A stretch of 64,000 nucleotides of DNA, taken from NCBI GenBank assembly GCA_963819815.1, contig CAWFXL010000001.1, positions 352,001 through 416,000 of the forward strand. Reading direction: 5' to 3'. The DNA is from an uncultured bacterium (lineage in GTDB: Bacteria; Babelota; Babeliae; Babelales; Babelaceae). A model generated the notes under the pieces. It ran no database searches, was not told the origin of the DNA, and saw only the letters and a program-made list of their open reading frames with translations. Shown here in pieces: positions 51,591 through 60,843 of this stretch. The translations under genes were made by a program, and so were the position numbers. The first letter of the stretch is position 1, and each line of letters opens with the position of its first letter.

Positions 51591-51787
51591 GCTTGAGCAA
51601 GTTACTTGCTATTCGGCAAGAAAACTTTCTGCGAGCGCAAAGATCAAGCAACAGAACGTATTGGTTTTTTGATAGAAGAAGAACAAAATCAGTTATCTGG
51701 AGCTTTGAGTATCACTATGATGACAAGTATGGATTTGATAATGACCTATGAGCGTATACAAGCGGAGAGATAGCGCGTTGCAAAAGA

Positions 51788-51881
51788 ATTGCAGCTTTCT
51801 AGATAAGCCCGATTAATCTAACAGGAGCTTCTGTACCATCTTTTATCTTAAGTGGCAGGGCAAGTCTAAAAGCACCCTTCA
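51788..51881 (-). repeat. Duplicated 3' end of the cyclase gene (direct repeat of 53647-53740)
   Basis: 88/94 identical by manual alignment. Confidence 0.9.
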
Positions 51882-52464
51882 AGGGTACAGAATTTTTGTT
51901 TGGCCTATGCAATGAAGGTAACGCCACCTGAAGTGGCCATTTCTACTCATTGATAAAGTACTCCTTTAGGGAGGTAGTATGGCTAAAAATCGCACCATAG
52001 TATAGGTTTTGCATACTTTCGCGTTACTTTTATCATCTTAAGAACCCCGTTTTCTTGTGTGAAATACTGGTGCTGGCACTGGCAAGAAGAATTTAGCTCG
52101 CTGGAATTAACGTTCAGAAAGAGCTTAATGACCAAGAGAGCCATTTAACATTATCTAGAAATGCAAATAGCCCTATATGACCACACATAGTAGACCAGAA
52201 GGAGCGAATGTTGGGCAATGTAGATCAAAGTGGGCAATGATCAAAAATTGACAAATTTATGAACACAGGTTAAAATAAGTCTTAATGGAAAATAATTTTT
52301 TTAAAAGAAAAGCCATGCGAGATAGGATGAAACTTTTAAAACAAGGCTAAAAGCTGGGCTTTTATCGGCCTTTTACAATTACGGTATTGAAGCTATAGCA
52401 AAATGGCTAAAAAGCATTAACGCAATCAAATATAATCGATATAAAATATTAAATAGGTGTTCAC

Positions 52465-53589
52465 ATGAAAAAACTCATCCTCATTATCGCATCAGTAGTT
52501 ATTGTTTCAAGTACACACTTGATTCTTTCAAGTACATCTGAACAAACCCGGAAACGCCCTCATTCGACAATTTCCTCAACCGGCAGTTCAACAACGTCTC
52601 CCCAAAATGCTCATGTCCAGGCTTTTTTTACGCCTCAGGATGATGTTGAAGCTAAGTTGTTGTCATTTCTTAATCAAGCTCGCAGAACAGTTTTAATGGC
52701 AATGTATTGGATCACCAATGATCGGATTATTGATAAGCTTATTGAGCTTAAACGCAGAGGTAGAGATGTAAAAGTAATCATTGATGAGTCCTCTCCAGAT
52801 ATCCTCGAAGTCTCGAGGATATTATTATCAGGTGATATTATTCCCTTAATTTACCCTTCGAAAACGTTTAAGATGCTTTCCAATATTGGCATAATGCATG
52901 ACAAATTCGTTGTTGTCGATAATGATGATGTTTTTACAGGCTCAGCCAATTTTACCAAGCAAGGTCTCACTAATTCAGATGTTGCTAATTATGAAAACAT
53001 TCTGATCCTTAAGGCAAATGGGATCGCTCGAAATTATAAAGTCTCTTTTTTTAATATACACTCCGAAACACGGAAAACATATATCTACCTATTAGCAAAT
53101 CTTGCAAGAGATGAAATGCCCGATTGGTTTAGTTTATTATTGACAAAACTTCCAAAAGAATCTCTCAATAGAGCTTTTGAAGATAATAGGAATGAGTTTG
53201 ATGAAAATCAACAGGCAAGCGTAATGCAATTTCTTAGCACACAAACTAGACAAATATCTGGGCCGTCCTCGAGTACATCAAGGGGAATTCGTCGACAAGA
53301 AAGAGACCAAAGCTCTTTTAGATCGTCTAGCACCGATAGACGGTCTATATCACCAGTAGAACGACCTACTATTAAGCAAGAAAAATTTCTGCGAGCTCGA
53401 AATATTAATATAGCGAAAATGTCCAAAAATGAAGCAACAGAACGTATTCGTATTTTGATAGGGCAAGAACAAGATGAACATTCGGGAAGCTTTGTAAATG
53501 AATGGGATAATGAGTATGAAGGGGATGACGATGAATGGGACAATGAATATGAACAGGATGATAATGATTGGAATGATGATGACCTATGA
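52465..53589 (+). CDS. Secreted phospholipase D / Nuc-like single-HKD protein with acidic Trp tail
   Basis: MHDKFVVVD..VFTGSANFT...NYEN; signal peptide; EWDNEYE repeats. Confidence 0.85.
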   Translation: MKKLILIIASVVIVSSTHLILSSTSEQTRKRPHSTISSTGSSTTSPQNAHVQAFFTPQDDVEAKLLSFLNQARRTVLMAMYWITNDRIIDKLIELKRRGRDVKVIIDESSPDILEVSRILLSGDIIPLIYPSKTFKMLSNIGIMHDKFVVVDNDDVFTGSANFTKQGLTNSDVANYENILILKANGIARNYKVSFFNIHSETRKTYIYLLANLARDEMPDWFSLLLTKLPKESLNRAFEDNRNEFDENQQASVMQFLSTQTRQISGPSSSTSRGIRRQERDQSSFRSSSTDRRSISPVERPTIKQEKFLRARNINIAKMSKNEATERIRILIGQEQDEHSGSFVNEWDNEYEGDDDEWDNEYEQDDNDWNDDDL

Positions 53590-53657
53590 ACGTATGAAAA
53601 AACTTATTAAAGGGTAGTGCTTGCTTTCTCCTCTTTAATAGTGTGCATTGCAGTTTT

Positions 53658-54353
53658 TTAGATAAGCCCAATTAATCTAACAGGAGCTTCTGTACCATCT
53701 TTTATTTTAAGTGGCAGGGCAAGTATAAAAGCTCCCTTCATCGGTAATAGTTTTAGGTTCGTTGCATTTTCAACAATGTACTTGTTTGCTCCAAGCAATA
53801 ATGAATGCACAGGATAGCCATCTTCGGGTCTATCTGGAGAGGGGGTATCAATGACAAGACCAGCAATATCTCGCTTTAAGAGGAATTCGGCGGCATCTGG
53901 TGACATCGAGGGGAACAGATTGTTATTACGATATTCTGCAGGTTTATGCCAATATGCATCCCAACCAGATCGTATGACGATTATAGTTCCACGAGCTATA
54001 TCACCAAGTGTTGCTTCACAGTTTTTAATATCTTGAATCGATACCGTTGAGCGTTCGTGTACATTCTGAGAAATATCGATAACCAAGCAGGGAGCTATAA
54101 GGGCTTCTAGAGCTAATTGATCAACGGTCGCAGCATGAGGAATACAATGAGCCGGGGCATCTATATGCGTTCCCATGCCAGCCCTGAAAGTAAGTTGTTG
54201 AACACGAAAAGGAAATGGAACAAAAGGGGCGGTCTGTCCATACTCATTAGTAATATGCTCTTTAAAACCACATTGCCCATCCCAAGTTGGAGCATTCTCA
54301 TCGAGTGTATGAGTTAAATCAACGATCGAATAAGGAAATGGTTTCATTGACAT
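53658..54353 (-). CDS. Cyclase family metal hydrolase (kynurenine formamidase-like)
   Basis: IVDLTH, GTHIDAPAH, DTPSPD, H..LL....IVEN, DGTEAPVR; exact start uncertain. Confidence 0.9.
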   Translation of the reverse strand: MSMKPFPYSIVDLTHTLDENAPTWDGQCGFKEHITNEYGQTAPFVPFPFRVQQLTFRAGMGTHIDAPAHCIPHAATVDQLALEALIAPCLVIDISQNVHERSTVSIQDIKNCEATLGDIARGTIIVIRSGWDAYWHKPAEYRNNNLFPSMSPDAAEFLLKRDIAGLVIDTPSPDRPEDGYPVHSLLLGANKYIVENATNLKLLPMKGAFILALPLKIKDGTEAPVRLIGLI

Positions 54354-54688
54354 AATCTTTCGCACTTTTTTACCAAACATTTTTCTCTTTTATTCAATCT
54401 ACCAAGGATAAAGTATTTACCAAAATTTGCCTAGGGCTCTTGCTAAGATTGCAGTAAGTGCCCAACATAAAAGCAATTGAGCATCTTTTGTTAATCGCAT
54501 GTGCTAGTATGTTTCCTGTTGCACGCTTTGGAGCATCACGTTGGACATACGACTTGTGGGTCACACTAATTTACGCAAAGTCACCTGAAGCGGCCTTTGT
54601 CCATACGTAATCCGAGATCAAACTTGACGTTTAAAAAAGAAAAATCTATAATGTCTATATGGATTTAATCATAGAAAAAGGAAGCTTA

Positions 54689-55861
54689 ATGCAATTGTAT
54701 AGTATACTATTTTTGACTTTAACTGGATTCGGGCATGCCTGTTTAGGATCCTCAGCTGCGGTTCAATCAACTTCATTGCCTACTTTGCTCGACCAATCTA
54801 GAAGGGTAGAAAAGAAGGACCTTCTAGGTAGGGTGATAAATACCTTGCCTGCAGATAAAGATGCCACCTTTCGAAATGCCATCTTTCATGTGGCAATTTC
54901 TGCTCTCGGAGACTCATATGAAGCAAAACCCAGGGCTATAGTATCTGCTGATGGTAAGAATACGTATGGACAAAGTTTTCCCCTAGACCCCGAAGTTCTT
55001 ATGGATATTATCGATCTTGCTCAGGGAAAAACTGTTCTAGAAATCGCTGCAGCTCATGGTGAAAACGCAGTGCTATTGGGTCTTGCAGGCGCTGAAAGAG
55101 TAGTAATCAATGATATAGAGCCGGCAGAGCTTGAAAAATGTCGTGAACGGCTTGAGGAATTACCTGCCGACACGCGGGCTAAGTTTACCCTCGCCCCGGG
55201 GGATTGCTTAAAGGTATTTGCAGGGGATGAATATACTGCCTGTTTTGACGTAATTTATGCGCGTAATATTATGCATTTTTTGTTTGGCGAGAAAAGAGAA
55301 CAGTTTATTCATACGGTGCATAGGCTTCTTAAACCTGATGGTCATCTGATTATTACGGCAAACTCAGCTCAGCCACTTCTGGCTACCAAAAAAATAGTGC
55401 CGATTTCACATGAATATGTATTTAAACAGAGGGGCTATAAACTGCGACTTCCAGAGGGTCATATCAATTTCTTTCAGACCTTTAAGGTTGAGGATGATCT
55501 GACCACTGTCGATCCAGTGCGATCCCGCTATATTCCCCTCATTCGATTTACTGAGCATGGCATATACTACGAGAAAGAATTTGTAGCTCTCCCTTCAGAA
55601 GACAAAGCAAGGCTTAATAACCACGTAGCAGATTGCATCGAAGAATATGGACTCCATAAACTTGCTTTAGATGGAAGGGCCATTGAATGCCATGAAAATC
55701 AGACCATCTGTTATATGCCGGTCACTCTCGAAGAAGCATTCTCAGGCGTAGGTCTTGTGGCGCAACATAGTCAATTTACCGACCTTAGCGGTCATATCGC
55801 AGTCCATCAAAATAAAGCGAATCACCTAACGATGTTTTTCAAAAAACAGCCAGTGCAGTGA
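54689..55861 (+). CDS. Class I SAM-dependent methyltransferase with signal-peptide-like N-terminus
   Basis: VLEIAAAHG, VVINDI, GD, FDVIYA, LLKPDG. Confidence 0.8.
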   Translation: MQLYSILFLTLTGFGHACLGSSAAVQSTSLPTLLDQSRRVEKKDLLGRVINTLPADKDATFRNAIFHVAISALGDSYEAKPRAIVSADGKNTYGQSFPLDPEVLMDIIDLAQGKTVLEIAAAHGENAVLLGLAGAERVVINDIEPAELEKCRERLEELPADTRAKFTLAPGDCLKVFAGDEYTACFDVIYARNIMHFLFGEKREQFIHTVHRLLKPDGHLIITANSAQPLLATKKIVPISHEYVFKQRGYKLRLPEGHINFFQTFKVEDDLTTVDPVRSRYIPLIRFTEHGIYYEKEFVALPSEDKARLNNHVADCIEEYGLHKLALDGRAIECHENQTICYMPVTLEEAFSGVGLVAQHSQFTDLSGHIAVHQNKANHLTMFFKKQPVQ

Positions 55862-56126
55862 TCTCTCAGTAGGCTTATTCCAACTGTAGATTCTGTAATA
55901 TGCCTTGAATAATATGATTTCGCATGAGTTTTCTAGTCTTCGCATACTGCCTTTTTGTATCCCTTTTCACTCTCCCATCAATTCTCATTGAAAAACTATA
56001 GAAATTTGTATTATATTTTTGTTACAATTAAAGAGTTGAGGCCATTGTGTCAAGTATGCAAGGGTTGATGATCCCAACAGACCAAACTCAACTCACAAAA
56101 GTCTAATTACTACCTAGGAGATACAT

Positions 56127-56846
56127 ATGAAATTTCAATCAGCTTTTATAGGACTAGTCCTTCTACTCAGCATAACAAACTATCTTGAATCACGAGGAGG
56201 CGGCGGTGGCGGTCATGGCGGTGGTCATGGCGGTGGTGGATATAGCATGGGTGGGCATTCAGGTGGATCCTATTCAGGGGGTAGATCATATTCAAGTGGA
56301 TCATATTCGGCAGCTCCGCATAGCTCTATGGGTTCAAGTGTACAGCATAGCTCCGCGAGTCCAAGTACATCGCAAAGCACTGCAGGTTCGTATTATACCT
56401 CGTATTATACCCCTAGTAGCACAGCGGGCCATGGCAGCACAGGTTCAATAAGAATAGTGCAAACGGGTCCTGTATCACCAGGACTTGCCAGTTCTCCTCG
56501 AGGTGGCGGCCAAAGTCGGTCAGTAGGAACTACGGGACAAGGTTTTGCGCCTCGTTCTCAAGGTATGCAAGCTAGCCAAGGTGCCGGTCGATTTGGACAA
56601 GGGAGTCATTATGGATCAACGGGAAGAGGAGGTCGAAATGTCGGCAACTCAACTGGTAGAGATTTTGGCCATAATCAACGCGGCGGTAGCTGGACAGGTG
56701 GATATTATGGACCTTATCTCATAGGCGCAGCATATGCGGGAATTCCGGTCATCGACTATGCGCTTGATTCTGGATGTTATGTAGACATAGAAGGAGACAC
56801 GGTCTGTGAAATGGAAGATGGTTGGTATTACGCAGACATGGAGTAA
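56127..56846 (+). CDS. Gly/Ser-rich secreted protein
   Basis: AGGAG RBS; signal peptide; GGGGHGGGHGG; short C-terminal Tyr/Cys domain. Confidence 0.75.
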   Translation: MKFQSAFIGLVLLLSITNYLESRGGGGGGHGGGHGGGGYSMGGHSGGSYSGGRSYSSGSYSAAPHSSMGSSVQHSSASPSTSQSTAGSYYTSYYTPSSTAGHGSTGSIRIVQTGPVSPGLASSPRGGGQSRSVGTTGQGFAPRSQGMQASQGAGRFGQGSHYGSTGRGGRNVGNSTGRDFGHNQRGGSWTGGYYGPYLIGAAYAGIPVIDYALDSGCYVDIEGDTVCEMEDGWYYADME

Positions 56847-56980
56847 TCCAAAAGGGGAGGGTGATCCAACAGTATGGCTGACGTCCTGGTATCTTTGTTA
56901 AAAATAAAAAACTAAGGACTAGTTAGAACCAATTTTTGCGGTAGATTCGCAAGTCAACTGACACTAGAAAGGATACATTC

Positions 56981-58357
56981 ATGGTCCATTATGCTTTCAT
57001 GCTACTAATTTTAAGTTCAGCATCATTGGTCATTGCCACAGACCACTCATCTCAGGCGTCACCCCCCGAGAAAATGATAACCTTGATAAGTTCTGACAGC
57101 CAAAAATTCATAGTCCCCTTAGAAATTGCACGACAGGTGCCTGCAATTGAGGCAACTCTTCAGCTTATAGAACCATTACCTGGTTTTACATTCGATAAGG
57201 TGACTGGAGAGGTATTGAGTGAGATTGCACAACTTATGCAGGAACTCTCTCTTCATAAAAATCTCAGCCCTGAAGAATTTTTTGAGAAGTTTGAAAATTC
57301 CATCCCTATCAAGGATAATCTTGCCTTTGCGATAGCCGTAAAACATATAGGTTTTAAACCCGGTATTGATTTCATTGCTCAAAAATACGAACAATTAGAT
57401 GACTATTATTTCCCTTCACCTGAATATGACTATTGGATGAAGTTGATTGAGCAGACTGATTCTACAGCATTTGAACAGCTCAAAAAGTGTGGGGTCACCT
57501 ATGGAAAACCATGCTTGGAAATGGCTATAGATCAATCTTATTCATTAGTTGTGCCTGGAGAGGAAGAATCTCACGGATACCCTTTTCTCTTGATAAACCC
57601 TGACTTGAAACTCGAAGATGCACCCTACGTGAAAAGCAGACTCGAAAGTGTCCTTACCTGGTATAAACATGATACAGAAACTCGAGCTTCTGCAATTACT
57701 CCTGATGAACAAAGCAAGGTAATGGAGATAATAAAAGATCTTGCTCCTCCCTTATATCAAGAAATGATAGCTGTCGACCCTACGGGAGCACACCACATAA
57801 AGAGATATTATGGCGGTTCTAATGCAGAAATTGCACCGTCTGCACTGGATGGATTACCAGAAATTCGTATAAGTGCGGATTTTTCAAATCAGCCTAAAAG
57901 CATGCTTCGTGTTCTTATGGCACATGAATTGGGACATTATGCATTGGTTCATTTTAATATAGCTCGTTTGACTCACGAAGTTCTCGAGAAGAATTCATTA
58001 AGGCAATTTAAAAAAGGGAAAAGGGTTAGTGGACAGCTTGGATTTGAAGAAAGTTTCGCACATGCATTTTCAAGAACGCAAGAATATGAGGCGGATAAAT
58101 TTGCGGTACTAGAGCTTGGAATTCCACTTGATGATGCAATTGCTTGGGCAAAAAAGGAGGCTCAAGAAGCAGGCGAGGTGGAGAATAAAGCACCCTCAAA
58201 AATGACATTTACGAGCACTCACCCATTCTGGACGTCTCGAATAAAGCAGTTTGAAGAGCTGCGCCCAGAAATCGAATTAAACAAAGCTCATAACAAGAAA
58301 CCTATTCAGGTTCAGTGGAAGCAATTGGCAGAACAGTATATAAGGGAAATCTCATGA
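56981..58357 (+). CDS. Secreted Skp1/POZ-like domain + M48-family metallopeptidase
   Basis: ITLISSDSQKFIV...VTGEVL; VLMAHELGH, QEYEAD, STHP. Confidence 0.75.
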   Translation: MVHYAFMLLILSSASLVIATDHSSQASPPEKMITLISSDSQKFIVPLEIARQVPAIEATLQLIEPLPGFTFDKVTGEVLSEIAQLMQELSLHKNLSPEEFFEKFENSIPIKDNLAFAIAVKHIGFKPGIDFIAQKYEQLDDYYFPSPEYDYWMKLIEQTDSTAFEQLKKCGVTYGKPCLEMAIDQSYSLVVPGEEESHGYPFLLINPDLKLEDAPYVKSRLESVLTWYKHDTETRASAITPDEQSKVMEIIKDLAPPLYQEMIAVDPTGAHHIKRYYGGSNAEIAPSALDGLPEIRISADFSNQPKSMLRVLMAHELGHYALVHFNIARLTHEVLEKNSLRQFKKGKRVSGQLGFEESFAHAFSRTQEYEADKFAVLELGIPLDDAIAWAKKEAQEAGEVENKAPSKMTFTSTHPFWTSRIKQFEELRPEIELNKAHNKKPIQVQWKQLAEQYIREIS

Positions 58358-58416
58358 AAATGAACTGGGCTTATCCTCCTCAAAAGGGGCTCTCTAGCTG
58401 TATGCCCCTACATTGC

Positions 58417-58463
58417 CTTCTTTAAAGTGACTGTACCCTGATCAGGCTCCGACTTACATGCAT
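58417..58463 (+). repeat. 47-bp direct repeat, copy 1
   Basis: 43/47 identical to 60791-60837. Confidence 0.9.
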
Positions 58464-58775
58464 ACAACCTTATGGAGTAACTTCCAAAGGATTCAAAGGA
58501 AAAACTAGATAAGAAAAAAGAGACATTGAAAGTATGGGAGTTTCCTTTTTTGTCTCTCTGCGAAGAGTATCCAAAAGGGGAGGTTCTAAGAGCATTCGTG
58601 TCTCGATGTTGTGCACCCTCAATCACCTAGCAAATATTATTATGCTAAGAAGACAATTAGGATGCCGCATTATTTCCTTGACTTTCCGATCCCGCACCTA
58701 TTAGAATTTGTTAGCAGGTGGTATGCACTGGTCAAAGAGTTTCAAACATCCCCAAACAAAAATGATACTAACGCT

Positions 58776-59654
58776 TTAAAATTCCTTATCGATAAATGTA
58801 ATTTTAGAGAACCAGTAGAGAAAGAAGTCTTCAGACCATTCACTTAATTGTGTAGCATCACGAAGGAAAGGGCGCACATCTGCTTGAGCATCAGCGAAGT
58901 TTAGTGTTTTTAAGCGCTTAGTGAAGATATGAGCTAATCGGTCCGGCGTCAACTTTTCATCAGAATTGAGCTCATTATTTTTTTGCATAAGTTTCGCTAA
59001 ATAAGACACATTTAGCGGGATTTCTCTCCGGATAAACCAAACAAAATCATACCAATCCCTTCCTTTAACGCGATGTTTCCAAGCACGATAAAGCGCAGCA
59101 TGTAATTTGCATGCAAAGAGATCTGATTTTACAACAGCGGATATAGATACTGGAATTGGATCCTTAATAAAGGTATTTTCAACGTTAAAGCCTAGGGTGG
59201 GATCGGTGTCGATTTCAACTTTAATGCGCAAAAGTGTTTCAGGATGTTTTCCTTTCAAACCGCTTTCTAATACTCCAATTTTTAGCAAAGACTCCACCGT
59301 ATTTGCCTTTAAAAATGCAGATTTTATGGGGGATTCAACACTTTTCTTCTTTTCAGTTAGCTCTACCGCAAAACCATATGCACGTAGTTCATCTTCAAGA
59401 CTTTTTTTATACAATTCCCACGCAAAATCAGGATTTGGACGCAGTAAGGTAAAATCAAGATCTTCTGAAAAACGGTCGAGCCCATACAGAATCCGCAATG
59501 CAGTACCACCATAAAATGCTGCCTGCTCGAAAAATTTTCCTCTCCATAAACCAACCAATGCAATTTCCTGAAGTACCTCTCGTAGTGCTCTTTCATATTC
59601 TGAAGGTGATTTTGGAGAATACTTGTTAATCATTACTGATACTAGTTCGTTCAT
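58776..59654 (-). CDS. abiEii: AbiEii-type nucleotidyltransferase toxin (type IV TA)
   Basis: FYGGTALRILYGLDRFSEDLDF, K.HA, KGRDWYD. Confidence 0.9.
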   Translation of the reverse strand: MNELVSVMINKYSPKSPSEYERALREVLQEIALVGLWRGKFFEQAAFYGGTALRILYGLDRFSEDLDFTLLRPNPDFAWELYKKSLEDELRAYGFAVELTEKKKSVESPIKSAFLKANTVESLLKIGVLESGLKGKHPETLLRIKVEIDTDPTLGFNVENTFIKDPIPVSISAVVKSDLFACKLHAALYRAWKHRVKGRDWYDFVWFIRREIPLNVSYLAKLMQKNNELNSDEKLTPDRLAHIFTKRLKTLNFADAQADVRPFLRDATQLSEWSEDFFLYWFSKITFIDKEF

Positions 59655-60295
59655 GATTTCTCCCTTAACAGAAAATTGATTAAATGCGTTATTGTTGAAT
59701 GTGGATAGGCATTGTTGATCTCTTTTAAAAGAGGTAGGTTCAGGCTTTGTAAGTCTTCTTGTTCCATGCGAAAATCCTCGAATAACACCACTTCTAACTC
59801 TGAAACTTTTAAGATCTGTCCTCTGCGGATGACTAATACGTCAACCAAAGCTTTTTCTCTGGTTGCTATCAGATAGCTTTGATAGTCTGAAACCTGTTGG
59901 CGTAGTATTCCTATCGGATATGCTAAAAGTGGTCTATGAGCATAGCTAAATCGACCGATGGGGGTTGTAAAGCTCTGAGTCCTTTTGAAGGTAACGCTCG
60001 TAATTTCTTCAACATGTTCCGGGATCATACCATATTTTTGTAGTGCCCATTCTAAGGATACATACGATGGGCCATATATCATGTTCGCGATCGTTTCAAG
60101 AGAATAGGAAGTACGAGCAAAAAGTGGACCAAAAACATACAATCCTTTTTTTACTCGTATTAATGCTTTGGTCCTGAGTAACTGGGTAAGCTTTGCCCGA
60201 GGAGAACGATAAACTTTGAGACAATCGATGACAAAGCCGTAGTCCATTACTTCAGATGGTGCTCTTGATCTTAATATCTCTATCGCGTGATCCAT
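59651..60295 (-). CDS. abiEi: AbiEi-type antitoxin / regulator
   Basis: LIRVKKGLY, PSYVSLEWAL..YGMIPE, A..EKAL.D; GAGGAG RBS; ATGA overlap with the toxin gene. Confidence 0.85.
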   Translation of the reverse strand: MDHAIEILRSRAPSEVMDYGFVIDCLKVYRSPRAKLTQLLRTKALIRVKKGLYVFGPLFARTSYSLETIANMIYGPSYVSLEWALQKYGMIPEHVEEITSVTFKRTQSFTTPIGRFSYAHRPLLAYPIGILRQQVSDYQSYLIATREKALVDVLVIRRGQILKVSELEVVLFEDFRMEQEDLQSLNLPLLKEINNAYPHSTITHLINFLLREKS

Positions 60296-60520
60296 AATAC
60301 GCTCCTCAATCATGGGGTAATGCAAGATAAGTATACTATAGGAGGGGTATAATTTCAATAAAAATCGCGCCAATGTATTGAATTTGCATACTTTCGTGTT
60401 ATTTTTGATTGTCTCTAAGATTCTTTTTTTTTGATAACTGTGGCCATTCTATTTTGCACAAACGCATCGAAATAAGCCAGGTGCAAAAAATTATTTATGA
60501 AAATTTGACGGCTGATAGTA

Positions 60521-60790
60521 AAGTATCATTGTAAAAAATCAGGAACAACGCTTATCATGATAGACCGATTCTATCCAAGTTCAAAACAATGTCATAGGTG
60601 TTTTGAACTTCATGAGGATCTAGGTTTACAAGATCGAGTATGGACCTGTGCGCTGTGTAGAACCACTCATGATAGAGACTATAATGCTGCGAAAAATATC
60701 GAACGAGTTGGGGCATCAAAGACCAACTTTGTTGGCTATCGCTGTCTGATCCCAGAATCCCCGGAATTTATTCCTGGGCGAGTATGTCAA
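60521..60790 (+). mobile_element. tnpB: IS605-family tnpB 3' remnant with right end
   Basis: IDRFYPSSKQCHRC...WTCALCRTTHDRDYNAAKNI zinc ribbon; right end ..GAGTATGTCAA; 20-bp deletion relative to the mini-elements. Confidence 0.85.
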
Positions 60791-60837
60791 CTTCTCTAAA
60801 GTGACAATACCTTGATCAGGCTCCGACTTACATGCAT
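60791..60837 (+). repeat. 47-bp direct repeat, copy 2
   Basis: 43/47 identical to 58417-58463. Confidence 0.9.
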
Positions 60838-60843
60838 CAATAC

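Noticed and set aside
54558..54600. c-di-GMP riboswitch-like words (GGTCAC..ACGCAAAG)
   Set aside because: The GGCAAAC/GAAA tetraloop stem is missing; likely chance similarity
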